Origin: Octopus vulgaris
Lineage: Eukaryota
Reading direction: 5' to 3'
NCBI GenBank assembly: GCA_951406725.2
Contig: OX597817.1
Coordinates: 85,374,001 to 85,438,000, forward strand
DNA length: 64,000 nt
Part shown: positions 26,040 to 38,499 of the stretch, piece after piece
Position numbering within the stretch: position 1 is the stretch's first letter
Layout: every line of letters begins with the position of its first letter
Notes under the pieces: model-generated
Databases searched by the model: none
The model's input: the letters and a program-made list of their open reading frames with translations, nothing else
What the model was told of the DNA's origin: nothing
Made by a program: the position numbers and the translations under genes

Positions 26040-26440
26040 TTTACAAGTTTCAGCTAGAGGTTGAGGCTATGCTGGGGCACCACCTTTAGTGTGACTGTTT
26101 TTTGTTTCACATTCACCTCCAAACTTTTCAAAATTGTTTTACGGTGAAGTTGGACACAGCTGCTCTTTGTGTTTCCTGCAGTGAAATGAGTTCATCTGGT
26201 ATCGTGGATTAAAATTTGTTCAAATGTTTTTCGAAAAACATCTACAACTACACCTCACAATTCTCAGAAGTTTTTTGGCAGAGCGCTGAAATGTTGTCAG
26301 CCCTTGAAACCTAAACTGTTACAGTACTGGGTTCATACTCAAAATGGAGAGGATAGGATCTTTGGTACAATGGTGTGGCACCCAGTTCAGTAGCTGGTAT
26401 AGTTTTCAATCCCAAAGTTGGGAGCTAGACCTTCCATGAT
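26040..26440 (-). mobile_element. CR1/L2-type LINE 3' end
   Basis: Degenerate C-terminal peptide TGCHTIVPKILSSPF*V*TQYCNSLGFKG*QHFSALPK, then tail actaaaggtggtgccccagcat...gctgaaacttgtaa. Confidence 0.65.
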
Positions 26441-26444
26441 CTTC

Positions 26445-27380
26445 CATCATCATCATCATCATCATCATCGTCATCATCATTTAACGTCCTTTGTCCTTGC
26501 TGGCATGGGTTGGACAGTTTGACTGGGGCTGGTAAGCTGGAAGGCTGCACCAGACTCCAGTCTGAATTGGTATAGCTTCTATGCCAACCACTCCAAGAGT
26601 GTAATAAATGCTCTTATGTGACAATAGTATCTGCCATGACTGCAATTTTGCTTGGCTTGATGGGTTTTCTTCTTAAGCATGACATAATGCCAAAAGTCTC
26701 AGTCACAGCCCATGTTTCACTGCCATGAAGCAGAGCTGTATGCACACAAGCATCATACAATCTGCCTTTCACTCTGAGAGAGAGGCCCTTTGTTTCCAGC
26801 AGAGGTAAGATCTCTCTGAACTTATTCTCACAGCTATGCTCTTGAGCATCCACCTCTGCTACTAATTTGGTTACCTAGAAATGGAAGCTATCTGCTACCT
26901 CTAGCTTACTCCACTGGTAGTTGATGGAGTCCATTTTCTGTACATTTTTGGTGTTTATTGTACTTGTGCATCTTCCACACACAAAAGCTATTTTCCCTGT
27001 TAATCTTCCTCTGATATTGTTGCACCTCTTATGTGCCCAAAGCTTACACCGGGTACATATTATGGAGTTTCTACTTTTTTCTACAAATCAAGCAGGGCCA
27101 CCTACCTGAAGGGATTTGTGATTTGTCTGCCTTCTTACTAAGACTTTGGTTTTTGCTAGGTTAACTCCAAGGCCCTTCAATTCTAGACCTTGCTTCCACA
27201 CCTGAAACTTCTCTAGTTCTGGTAGTGATTCAGCTATAAGAACAAGGTCATCGGCATAGAGGAACTCCCAGGGGCAGCCCATCTTAAATTTTTCTATTAT
27301 TGCCTGGAGGACTATGATGAACAGGAGGGAGCTGAGGACTGATCCTTGGTGAACCCCTACTTGTACTCTGAATTCTTAGC
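26445..27380 (-). mobile_element. RTE-clade LINE, 5'-truncated and internally deleted, with (GAT)n tail
   Basis: VGVHQGSVLSSLLFIIV, GCPWEFLYADDLVL, GLGVNLAKTK, KFREILPLL..GRLYDACVHTALLHGSETWAVT, then 3' UTR and (GAT)n. Confidence 0.9.
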
Positions 27381-27399
27381 TGTGATACTTTTGTAAGAG

Positions 27400-27960
27400 T
27401 GGCTGACTGTATGACTGAGGAAATGTCTCTAAGAAAGCCATCACATACTCTAGCGGTCCTAGTATAGCTCCCCGAGGAATACTGCTGAGAATTAATGTCT
27501 CCTCAGAGAAAGCACCATTAGCTGCAACTGTTCAACTTCTGTCCCCATAGTTTTCCAGTGATACCAAGATCATGAAGTTTGTGACATATCATTCAATGAT
27601 CAACTTTGTTGATGGCCTTGGTAGAGTTGAGATATAACATCCACATTTAAATGGTTGAGCTTCAATACCCAGTAAAAATGCTGTGGTAGCTGTTTAAGCA
27701 ACTCCTTCCTTGATGGAAGCTATAATATGCATTTGTAAGCAAGTTATTTTCTTCAAGGAATGTGATTACCCTCCTTCTGACAATGCATTCCATGACTTTG
27801 TTAACATGTGAGGTCAAAGAGACGAGCCTAAATTTTTAGGATCTTCTGCTACCTTTTATGGACAGGGCATATTAACAGTTTGTGAAGTTGCCACCTGCAA
27901 AGAAATTCTGTAAAAGTATCTGTAGTGGTATTGTAAAAGCTTTCTTGCATGTTGGAAATC
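27400..27960 (-). mobile_element. CR1/L2-type RT fragment (probably the same element as 26040-26440)
   Basis: Minus-strand FRLVSLTSHVNKVMECIVRRRVITFLEENNLLTNAYYSFHQGRSCL and KAINKVDH; same orientation, upstream of the 3' fragment. Confidence 0.75.
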
Positions 27961-29009
27961 TATCTGAGGCAATTGCTGAGTTTAAGTTCATCTCATCAAT
28001 ACCTGATATATATAGATAATAGTTTTATATATATATATATATATATATTTATTTATTCGCATACACACAATCTTCAAATTAACAGTAGTAATGAAGGTAT
28101 GACTGTTACCATTAGACATTCATTAAGGTTCCCCAGAAGTGACTTTTATTGTTTTTAATGTTAAATAATGCTTTAATGTAATATATATCATATATTAGTG
28201 CACAATATAAAATTTTAAAAAAGTATGTTAATGCAACCTGTCTGTAGCAGCTGTCAAAAAGACAGGGCAGAGAGAAGGGGTAGACGGAGGGAGAGAGAAA
28301 GAATAAAAAAACAATGCACAGATACTCAGAGAGAGACAGAGAGAGTGATAGTGTATCTGTAGAATATCTTCATACCTGTAAATACTTTACCTATATAAAA
28401 CTTGGTCTAAATTAGTAAGACATGGCTCACACTGATGGACAGTTCCATTATTGCATTCCCCATTTATAGATAAGCCCTTCTTCACAAACCTTTTAAAAGT
28501 GAAAGTAATTTATATGTTCTTTAGTATAAACAACAGAGGTTCTTAAATCTTCATCTTCATCATTACCATCATCTTTTAATGCCAAATGTTGGTTTGACTG
28601 TAGTGCACCTTCTCTTCTATTGCTCTTGTGTCTCATTGTCTGTAAATCCAACTGGATCACTTCTTAAGTTTTTCTTACTCTTCCTCTGCATGAAGCATTT
28701 TTTTTACTGTTGAATAATTTTTCATCAAGGCTCATCTTGCATTCATATTACAGGTCCATACCTGCACAACTTATATTCATGAATGCCATTAATCTCCACT
28801 TGGCTTATTAATTTGTTTTAAAGAGAGTCCTTGAAGGCAAGTTAATATCCAATACATCCTAATTAACTTGTTTATCTCCAGCGACTACCAATAACTCATC
28901 ACTCTGTAGCATCAAAGCTTTTACACACTTATGCTTTATGCAGTCTAGCTGTATTGAGAAAGAAAAATGTTTGTTACTAACAGATGTAACAGCTCTTCAA
29001 GCTGCTTCC

Positions 29010-29360
29010 ACCCCTTTATAGTGACTATTATTTTTTCATTACATTCGAATCTGTCACCACACCTTCGACTCCTTTAAAGTGAAAATATAACCATTATATT
29101 TTCATTGCAACCACATCTATAACCACCTCTTCTAACCGTTTATTGTGAAAATATAAAGATTAACTTTCATTACAACCACAGTAAAGCCATCCTTTTCACA
29201 CCTACAATCCATTTATAGTGAAGGTATAACTACTACATTTTCATTTTAACCACATTTATAACCATCCTATTCCACCCCTATACAGTAAAAATAAATATCA
29301 CACTTTCATTATAAGCACATCTATAACCACCCCTTCCATCCCTTCATAATGAAAGTATAG
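29010..29360. repeat. ~65-bp diverged minisatellite, about 5 units
   Basis: Recurring gtgaaaatataa...ttttcatt..aaccacat.tataaccac. Confidence 0.75.
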
Positions 29361-30997
29361 TACAGTACAGCCAGCCATCACTTGTGAGAATGGCTTGATA
29401 AGATGTATTTTGCTTTTGCTAATTGCTTCAGATGCCTATGTAGTCACAAATAAACATAGATACCATTCTGATCCATACCCTTGACCCACTGTAACATTTA
29501 GGATGTTACAATTGGAAAGACAGAGTGCAGCTGAGCAGACTGCAGTAACATGAAATGAAGTACCTTGCTCAAGGATGCATGTAAAGCAGCCCAAACTGAA
29601 TACACTAACCATTAAGCCACTCACCTTCTTCGTGACAATATAACTATTATACTTTCTCTACAACCATTTTTAGTACCGTTTCATCTTGATAAAAGAAATT
29701 ATCTATTGTTCCTAGAATATTATCTGAACACTTCATGGACTTCGTATTATGGCTGTCCCTACTACTATTATTGATGTCATGAATCTTAGTAAATCTATGA
29801 GAGGCCTCAGTTCATCTCTTGTGTACTTGTTGCTTATGCAAATCATATTGTACTGACTTTCTATCAACTCTCTACCTACATATTGTTTAAAGCCACTTTT
29901 TGGGCTTCACTAAAATATTATGTTTTTTATTACTATTACTAAGATTATTATAATGTTGAGCAATAGATCTTTAACCAAGGCTATTTTCCAAAGAATAAAC
30001 TCCAGTAACTCATTGAATCATTGGACTTTTCATCCTAATATGGTATATCTAGTACAAGTCAACCTTTTAGAAGTTATCTTTTCCAGGATACTCCCAAGAA
30101 ACTACTTGAACTGAGTACAACAAGCTTACAAAACTTGCATTAATTTTAGTGAAACCTTTACATGGTATTTATTTACACCTCAATAAATGTACAATGGATT
30201 GTTGCATTTCACTCAAAATCTTCTACTTAGTAGGCTGGCACATTATCAATTAAAGCTCTCTGATTCTTGAATAAACAACATTTCTGCTCTGAACCATAGA
30301 TCCTTTATGCACTTTATCTTTTCTGGCTAAGTGAAATATCTTAATTAATGATATGCCTTATATCACAGAAACCTTCTCTACTTCCCATGTTTCTGGACTT
30401 GTAAATAAAAAACCCCCAAAAAAAACAAACAAACCAAAGAATTATCAACCGTATTTCAACCATTTTCAAGTGCTACATGATAACTAAGATAACATGACAA
30501 CTATGAAGGTTAGATACTACAAGAAACCATTTCTTTCTCAGTGCATGGGAAACAGTCATAAATGGAAGAAAAGAGTGACCAATTCAAGCAAAAATTTGCT
30601 GGGAGCGACAACAAAAAATGTTTCTTGGAAACATTATCTATCTCAATGTCACAAAAATTCCTAATAAATATGAATATTTTCAAACTAAACAAGGAAAATG
30701 ATAAAAGGAAGTCATCAAAGTGGAAAATTAATACCAATGTTAAAGGTTAATGTCTCCAAATGCCAAACTTTAGGTAGATTTACATCAAAATATGACATCT
30801 GCTATTGATAATATAATGAAATAGTAGAAGGTCATTAATCATGTGATCTTTATATTCTTCACATGATCTTTATAAACACTGAAAAACTAGTATTTCCAGT
30901 CAATGGCTTACCAAGGACTTTTATATTAAACGTATCTAATGTGATAATATTATAGATAGTTTATAATTTGATGTTGCTAAATCCTTAATGGCTTTTC

Positions 30998-31448
30998 TGT
31001 TATTCTGTTACTTGTTTCAGTCATTTGGCTGCAGCTATGCTGGAGCACTGCCTTAAAGGGGTTTTGGTTGCAGAAATCAACCCCAGGACTTATTCTTAGT
31101 AAGTCTAGTACTTGTTATATCAGTCTCTTTTGCTGAACCGCTAAGTTACAGAGATGTAAACACACCAAGCGATGGTTGGGAGACAAACACAACACAAAGA
31201 CACACACACATAAATATATACATGCATACACACACACACACACACACATGCGCGCACACACACACACACACATACACACGCACACACACATACATATATG
31301 ATGAGCTTCTTTCAGTTTCCATCTACCAAATCCACTCACAAAGCTCAAGGCTATAGTAGAACACACCTGCCCAAAGTTCCACAGTGGGACTGAACGCAGA
31401 ACCATGTGGTTGGGAAGCAAGCTTCTTACCACACAGCTATGCCTGTGC
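30998..31448 (-). mobile_element. SINE family A, near full length
   Basis: Tail ttacttgtttcagtcatttggctgcagctatgctggagcac, internal (CA)n, head ending cttaccacacagctatgcc. Confidence 0.88.
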
Positions 31449-31911
31449 CTATTAATATATATTTCTATAATACTCCAAAAAATGAAATAATAGTAAATTG
31501 TAATTTAGTAACATTATCACGATTATAACATCAGTTTTGTTAAGACTTGCTAGCTTTGGGTAGAGGGTGAGATGAGATTTTATAACTCCTTTTAAAGTTC
31601 TCAGATTTATAATAGGCTACCATTTCTTTTGAAAATTGATGTCCTCAACACCCTGAGGTTGTATCAATACATCCCAAACTATTTTTGCAGCTACTTTTTT
31701 TTTTTAATGTTTTAGTGCCTTAGACAAGAAAGAGCTGTATTCTTGATCTTTCTAAGGACTGCAAGACTGTTGTAAGGAAGTTATCTTCAGTGCAATGACC
31801 TGGTTTGATTGATTGCAATGGATCAGACCCTGCTAAAGGCAATGATGGGTTATTTGATGATGTTAAACTGGATGACATATTAAGTCTACCATCCATAAAC
31901 TTTTACCTACT

Positions 31912-32280
31912 CTCCTCTCTTTTACTTGTTTCATTCATTTTGACTGCGGCCATGCTGGAGCACCACCTTTAGTCGAGGAAATTGACCCCAGGACTTATTC
32001 TTTGTAAGCCTAATACTTATTCTATCAGTCTCTTTTGCCAAACCGCTAAGTTACGGGGATGTAAGCACACCAGCATCAGTTGTCAAGCGATGTTAGAGGG
32101 GACAAACACACACATATATATACACATATACATATATACGACAGGCTTCTTTCAGTTTCTGTCTACCAAATCCACTCACAAAGCTTTGGTTGACCCGAGG
32201 CTATAGTAGAAGACAGTTGCCCAAGGTGCCATGCAGTGGGACTGAACCCGGAACCATGTGGTTGGTAAGCAAGCAACTTG
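31912..32280 (-). mobile_element. SINE family A, well-preserved copy
   Basis: Tail, short internal microsatellite and head are all collinear with 30998-31448. Confidence 0.9.
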
Positions 32281-34099
32281 TTTGTAATGTACTGTGAATT
32301 GAATAAACAAAAGCTAAAGCAATGTTACAGTGTGTAAGCAACATTTAAAATGATACTATGCTATAGAGATATTTTGAATTTGATGAAAAATTTTTACTAT
32401 CCATGTAAGCTCATTGCAGTTGACATCTGTTGAGAAGTGAGCCACACAGTTAAGAATGAAGCATAGACACCTGCAATAATAACATGTCATCAATCAACTA
32501 CTGTTGGGAGACTTCTGGATATCCCATGGAGAAGGTATCAGATCTTGCTTTAAAATTACTGGTTGTGATGTGGAAACCAAGGCCATGGGAAAGAAATAAT
32601 GATGTTAGTGGTTGTTATAGCTATAACACTGCTGCTGCTGCTGAATATTATTATGATGATGATGATGGTCATAAAGACAAGAATGATGACAGTGGCAGTG
32701 ATCATTATTAAAATGGCTTCAGTTCTGAAGATAAATTTTAGTCTCAAGAACTGATTTGGAAAAATCAGTATGATCCTAAGCTTTACTGCACAAACAGAAA
32801 GCCTAGATAATAAGGACTCTGGGTACATATTGAAATTCTGAAGAGAAAAATCATTTGCTAATTTACTATTTTATAAACCATCACCAACTGACATTTCTGT
32901 TTTATTCAAGAAAATAGTTTTTAAATCATCTTAAAAGAACAAAAACAAATGCAAAATCTAGGGAATGAACATTTTAAATTGCATTTTGTATAAACACACA
33001 CACACACTTCACTTCCCTTCTCTATAAAGTCTAAAGTCATCCCATTTAAGCTCACTGAAATCACATAAATTTTCACTTAGAATTATGAGTACTGTAATAG
33101 ATGTTACTCCACATCTTGGACTTTAATTTTTTGTATGCTTACCATACATATTCATGGAGGAAAGGAAATTCTAAATAAATGATTACCAGTTAATAATTGG
33201 ATTGTCATAAATTTTGTAGGAAATGAAACTTGTGAAGTTACCAACCAAACTTAACCTAAAAATTAAATTAATGAGAAGTGTCCATAAATTACCTCACAAG
33301 AATAAATATTAATGCCTAGCCTTTTAAAATGCTCAACTTTTTAGGGAAGATGTTATCAAATATTCTAATGGCATCTTGTAACAAATTCAGTGATGCAGCT
33401 GTTTGATAAATAAAAAAGATTTTGTCACAAAAATGCTCAATATCTCATCAAGATAGTTCACAAAAAATGCTTCTGTAGATAAGTGGGCAGTTTAAATATG
33501 ATGGAGTACAGCTCAATTTCACAGCCTCACACCTTCTAATAGAAGTTACAACAACCCAAACCATTATAAATGGTGGTGAATATGTGTTTAGAGTTTCCTC
33601 TTCTGTACCAATTAGCATGGTAAATATGAAAGTATTAACCTTAAGATCTGGAGCAATTTTCATCCGATATTTAATTCAATATTTACCAGTACAGAGATTG
33701 CACTTCCTGTCTAGTTATATTTAATATATAACTGCATACTTATTTACAAAAATGTACATAGGCAATATTGTTGCAATATTAAAAGTATTTGTGATAAAGT
33801 CACAAAGTGATTTATATATATAAATTTATATTTATATTTATGTTTGTGTGTGTGTGCGTGCACATGTGCAAACTTGTATCAGTGTTTATAATCTGCATTT
33901 TGTCACTGCTTGAGTGTTGTGCTGCTGATGTTGATATTCTTTGCTGATATTATGATTGATTAGTCTGTCATTTTTTAAACCTGTTGAATACAGAAAGCAC
34001 TTAATTAAAAATCAAGTAAGGGTTGATAACAGAAGAGGCATCCAGCTGTAAAATTCTGATCAAATAACTCTCTGTCCAAAGCTCAGAAAAACAGATATT

Positions 34100-34332
34100 A
34101 AACAATGATCGAGAGAGAGCAATGGAGAGAAATGTGTGGTGTGAAGTTGTTTGATAAGAGGAGGACTGAGGACTTGATGGAGATGTTGGGGTTGGGGGAA
34201 TCGGTGGAATGGCTGGCAAGGGTGAATGGAGTGCGGTGGTATGAGGGTGGTTACTATGGCATTGATATAGATCCAACCACCCTGTTAATGGGGACAAAAC
34301 CGAATTTAAAACGCTGGATGATGATGATGATG
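34100..34332 (+). mobile_element. RTE-type LINE 3' fragment (second family)
   Basis: MCGVKLFDKRRTEDLMEMLGLGESVEWLARVNGVRWY, then the tail shared with 14020-14106. Confidence 0.75.
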
Positions 34333-34534
34333 AATATGAGTGTGTGTATATCTCTCTCTCTCTTTCTATCTCTCTCTATCTCTTTCTCTCTCTCTTTCTC
34401 TCTCTCTCTTTCTCTCTCACTCTTTGTCTCTCTCTCATTCTCCCTCTCTCTCATTCTCTCCCTATCTCTCTCTCTCTCTCTCCTTCTCTCTGTATGTGTG
34501 TGTGTGTATGTATTTTTTTTCTTGGTGAAGTCTG

Positions 34535-34733
34535 GTTTATGGGGTTACTCTGGGTTTCCCGTCCATAAAGGGTTTAACTTTATGGTGTATCATTAGACCC
34601 CAAGATCTGTTGACCTATGACATCCTTAAAGAGATATTTTAAAGAGGTCATAGGCCAACAGATCTTGGGGTCTGATGATACACCATAAAGTTAAACCCTT
34701 TATGGACGGGAAACCCAGAGTAACCCCATAAAC
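34535..34733. repeat. Near-perfect foldback hairpin (96-bp arms, 7-nt loop), possible MITE
   Basis: Arms 34535-34630 and 34638-34733 with 4 mismatches; weaker pairing extends to ~34509/34752. Confidence 0.95.
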
Positions 34734-34808
34734 TTCTACAGAAAAGAATACAGAGTTCTTTACTTCTTAGAGTGATTTATGTTTTCTCTGGATTTATGTT
34801 TTTCTAAA

Positions 34809-34856
<48 letters not shown>

Positions 34857-35944
34857 CACATATATGTAACTGTATGTATGCGTGCATATTAGTATGTACA
34901 TATATTACTCTTCTCTTCAGCCAACAGATTTTTTTTCCTACCTTGATACAAATGGCTGAATCATTTTCCAAATTAATATAAGCCAGATCAAATCTTTCAT
35001 TCAACTATTTGTTATGGATTTATGCAATTTATATCCATGACTTTGAAATCAAATAACCATTTCATCTTATTGATTTCAGGTTATGTTGTAAAAGCAACAA
35101 TTGAATTATTAATCTCTTATGTAATATAAAGAAAGCTGGATGAAAACAAACTCAAAAATTTACTATTTTTATTATTTAATTCTTAAAAAAATATATGCAT
35201 AGTCAGATCCTTGCTCTGGTCTTCATAGAAATATAAAAAGAAAAAATGTTTTTTAAAAAAAGACTATCAATTTATCTTCATTAAACTGAAACATGTGAGT
35301 TGTGTTGAAATAGGGAAGAATGACAAGCAGAAATTATTGAAGTTTCTTGTTGGAGTGTAATGAAGAACAGCTGTTATCAAAGGATTGGTGAGAAACTGAG
35401 AGAAAAACAAATATGATGTAAATAAAAGACATCTCTCTCTGTGTATTTACCCCATGCCAGTTGCAAGAAAGTTATGTTACTTTTCTTACATATTAAAACT
35501 GAATGAGTTCAAGTGGGGTGGGTGGTAAACTACCACCAACTTTGAAATGATGCAAGTGATATTAGGTGGTAGTAGAGACTTTCTATTATGGAAACTATTA
35601 GCAGCAGCCACCTGCTCAGTTTTTCTCTATTGGTAGTGACTATACTGGCATTTTTAAAGATCAGTCAACTAACTAGTGAGATTTTCTCATAATTTAAAAT
35701 AAATAGTATCTAAGTTTTAGTGAGAATTTTTATTGGAACCATATTTCAGTAAAACGAGATACTTCCCTGACAGTAGTTAATTTCTATGCATTTTTCTTTT
35801 CTACAACTCATATCCAGAACTACATACTCACATATCTGGCTTCTTTATTGGTTATTTGGGAATTGCTGAGTCCTGTGAAACCTTCACACAAAATAAGTAT
35901 GAAATTGATAGTCTTAGAATTATAGTTTGTTATCTTCATATACA

Positions 35945-36103
35945 CCAGTATTGCTGTAGGGTTAAGATATTCACTTTGCAACCATGTGGTTTTTGTTTCA
36001 GTTTCACCATGTGGTACCTTGGGGAAAGGGCAAATGTCTTCTACAGAGCTGAGCTGACCAAACCCTTGAGAGAGATTTGATAGAGAGAAACTGAAAGAAG
36101 CCC

Positions 36104-36171
<68 letters not shown>

Positions 36172-36430
36172 TTTATCTTGACATTACATTGTAGTTGTAA
36201 AGCAAATGTCAATATCATACAAAAAATGTCATCCACTAGCAGTTTTATGAAAAACCATGGTCTGTCAGTCTACTATTTGTATTTGAGGATCTAGAGGAAA
36301 TATCATCTTACATGGAAACAAGTAAGGGTTGGTGATGGAAGAAACACCTGATCATTAAAAAAATCTACCTCATCAAATTTCATCTGACCTGTGCAAGCAT
36401 GGAAAAGTAGACATTAAAACAATGATGATG
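35945..36430 (+). mobile_element. SINE family B, full architecture: tRNA-like head, (GT)n, RTE-like tail
   Basis: caaccatgtgg...taccttgggg...aaactgaaagaagcccat(gt)n...ggaaacaagtaagggttggtgatggaag...gcaagcatggaaaagtagacattaaaacaatgatgatg. Confidence 0.8.
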
Positions 36431-37881
36431 GCAACAACAATGAAAACCATCATTCTTTTCAATAATTTAACTCTTTTTTGTTACAAATCACAATTTTTAC
36501 ACGCAACCTGAGTCTCATTTCTTTTCTTTATTAACAAGAAATTTATTACAATGCATTATTAGGACTGTTTTTGTGTTACTTAACACTAACCCAGCTTTTT
36601 AACATTAACCCACCCCCATATTCACTACTTCACTATAAAATTAACACCCCATCACATACTGACTACTTCTTTGTAACATTAACAACCATATTCTAACTAC
36701 TCTTTAACAGTACTAACTACTTCTTTTTAACAGTAACCCTTCCCCATTCTAACTATTTCTCTTTAACTGGTTACTTTTCTTTAACATTAACTTCACAATA
36801 TACTACTTTTTTTTTTAGCAATAACATCATACACAAACATATACCAACTACTTCTGGAGTATCATACTATACCATCACTGTTCTTTTTTAAAATTCACAA
36901 AATTACTTGACAGATCAACATAGTTTCTAGTGACCTACACTGGAAATTTTATCGCCTCAATACAGCCAGATGCATAACAAGATAACTATTTGTGATAGGG
37001 TACTCGAACCATTCTAGCAATAGAATACTACACTTATGTTTCAGATAGTTTATACTATCCCATGGTTTAACACCTATTTCTCATTTTGTCTCACCCATAA
37101 TTTCCTTTTTCTATTATTAATGTAAAAATAATTAAATCAAGAATTATTTGGTAAAACTATAATACTTCTACTTTATCAATCCTAAATTCATTTTCGCTTT
37201 AAAATTAAGACTTCATATTATCTTCCATTACTAGGGCTACATATCAAATGGGTTTACCAGAGCCATAATTTTATGGGAATCAATTGAATATTTGAGAGCA
37301 GTTTGTGGATTTAGTACTCTGTGCAGTACTCTTGTACTCTGATTCACCATCAGTCTGAATGATGAGTATTTAGCTGTTCATTCAACTGAATTTCTACTCA
37401 TGAAATTAAGGTGTAAGTGGCTGAGTTTTTTATATACACCTCTACCCTTAATGCAGTTCTCAGGCAAAATCAGAACGATGCAATGTAACAGGACTCAATC
37501 TTTGAATAATAGGAACAATTCAAAGAGAAAGAGAATGAGAGAGTAAAAGAAAGAGAAAGTGTGAGAGACAGAGAACAAACCTAGTACTGGACTAGTATTT
37601 TATTTATTGGTCCTCTCAAAAGATAAAAGACAAAGTTGATTTTGGCAGGATTTGAACTCAGATAAATATTGCAAATGTTGTTCCTGTCACTCTAACAGTC
37701 TTCTAATTTGTTGCTTAATACTCTGAATATGTTAATGAAATATTGCTCTCAAATCCTGAGTATCACTCCGGTCATTAATTTGACAGTTTTCATTCAGAAG
37801 AAAGCCAATTCTATAATTAATAAAATTTACCATATCTAGAATTATCTATCCTTCATCTATTATTATGTTCTATTTGACTGA

Positions 37882-38107
37882 TCTATTGCCTCTCTAATGA
37901 ACTCTGGTTCTAAGAAGTCACAACTTGCACTCCTAACTTCCTTCTAAAATATTTCTTACACCACTCATCATTTGTTTCCCAAACCTAAGTTTCCTTCATA
38001 TAATACATGTACTCAAAATTTTAAGGATTATTGTCCTTTGGAACTGTCTTCTCATGGTTTTTTAAATGCTGCAACTCACATCATTTAACACTTTATTGTT
38101 GTTCATT
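37882..38107. repeat. 226-bp segment with an apparently perfect inverted copy at 38896-39121
   Basis: Read-through comparison by eye found no mismatches between 37882-38107 and the reverse complement of 38896-39121. Confidence 0.95.
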
Positions 38108-38139
38108 CAACTTACCTTCTAATTAAAGCTATCATTGTC

Positions 38140-38460
38140 ATCACTGTTGTCGTCATCATCATCATCACCATCATCATCATCATAGTGTCCATTTTTCCAT
38201 GCTTGCATAGGTCAGGCAGAGTTTATTGAAGCAGATTTTTCTCTAGTCAGATGCCATTCCTGTCATCAATCCATACCTGTTTCCAAGCAAGGAAATTTTT
38301 TCCATTGCTAGACTTACTTTCATAGAATATTGGAAATGAATGGCATTCATTTACAGCTATCACACAATGTCAAGACAATGAGATACAAACATACTCACAC
38401 TCACTCACACATCTATAGATAAACATACATACTTATACACACACACACTCACATACACAC
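38140..38460 (-). mobile_element. SINE family B 3' half (head at 41411-41592)
   Basis: (CAT)n, tttttccatgcttgcataggtcagg ... cagatgccattcctgtcatc ... ttacagctatcacacaatgtcaagacaatgagatacaaaca. Confidence 0.78.
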
Positions 38461-38499
38461 ACACATATAATAATAATAATAATGATAATAATAATAACA

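Noticed and set aside
28590-29010. Possible very degenerate RTE thumb fragment on the minus strand
   Set aside because: Only a faint motif echo with many stops; too weak to call.
33448-33663. 71-aa minus-strand ORF in unique-looking sequence
   Set aside because: No domain similarity recognised and no exon boundaries identified.
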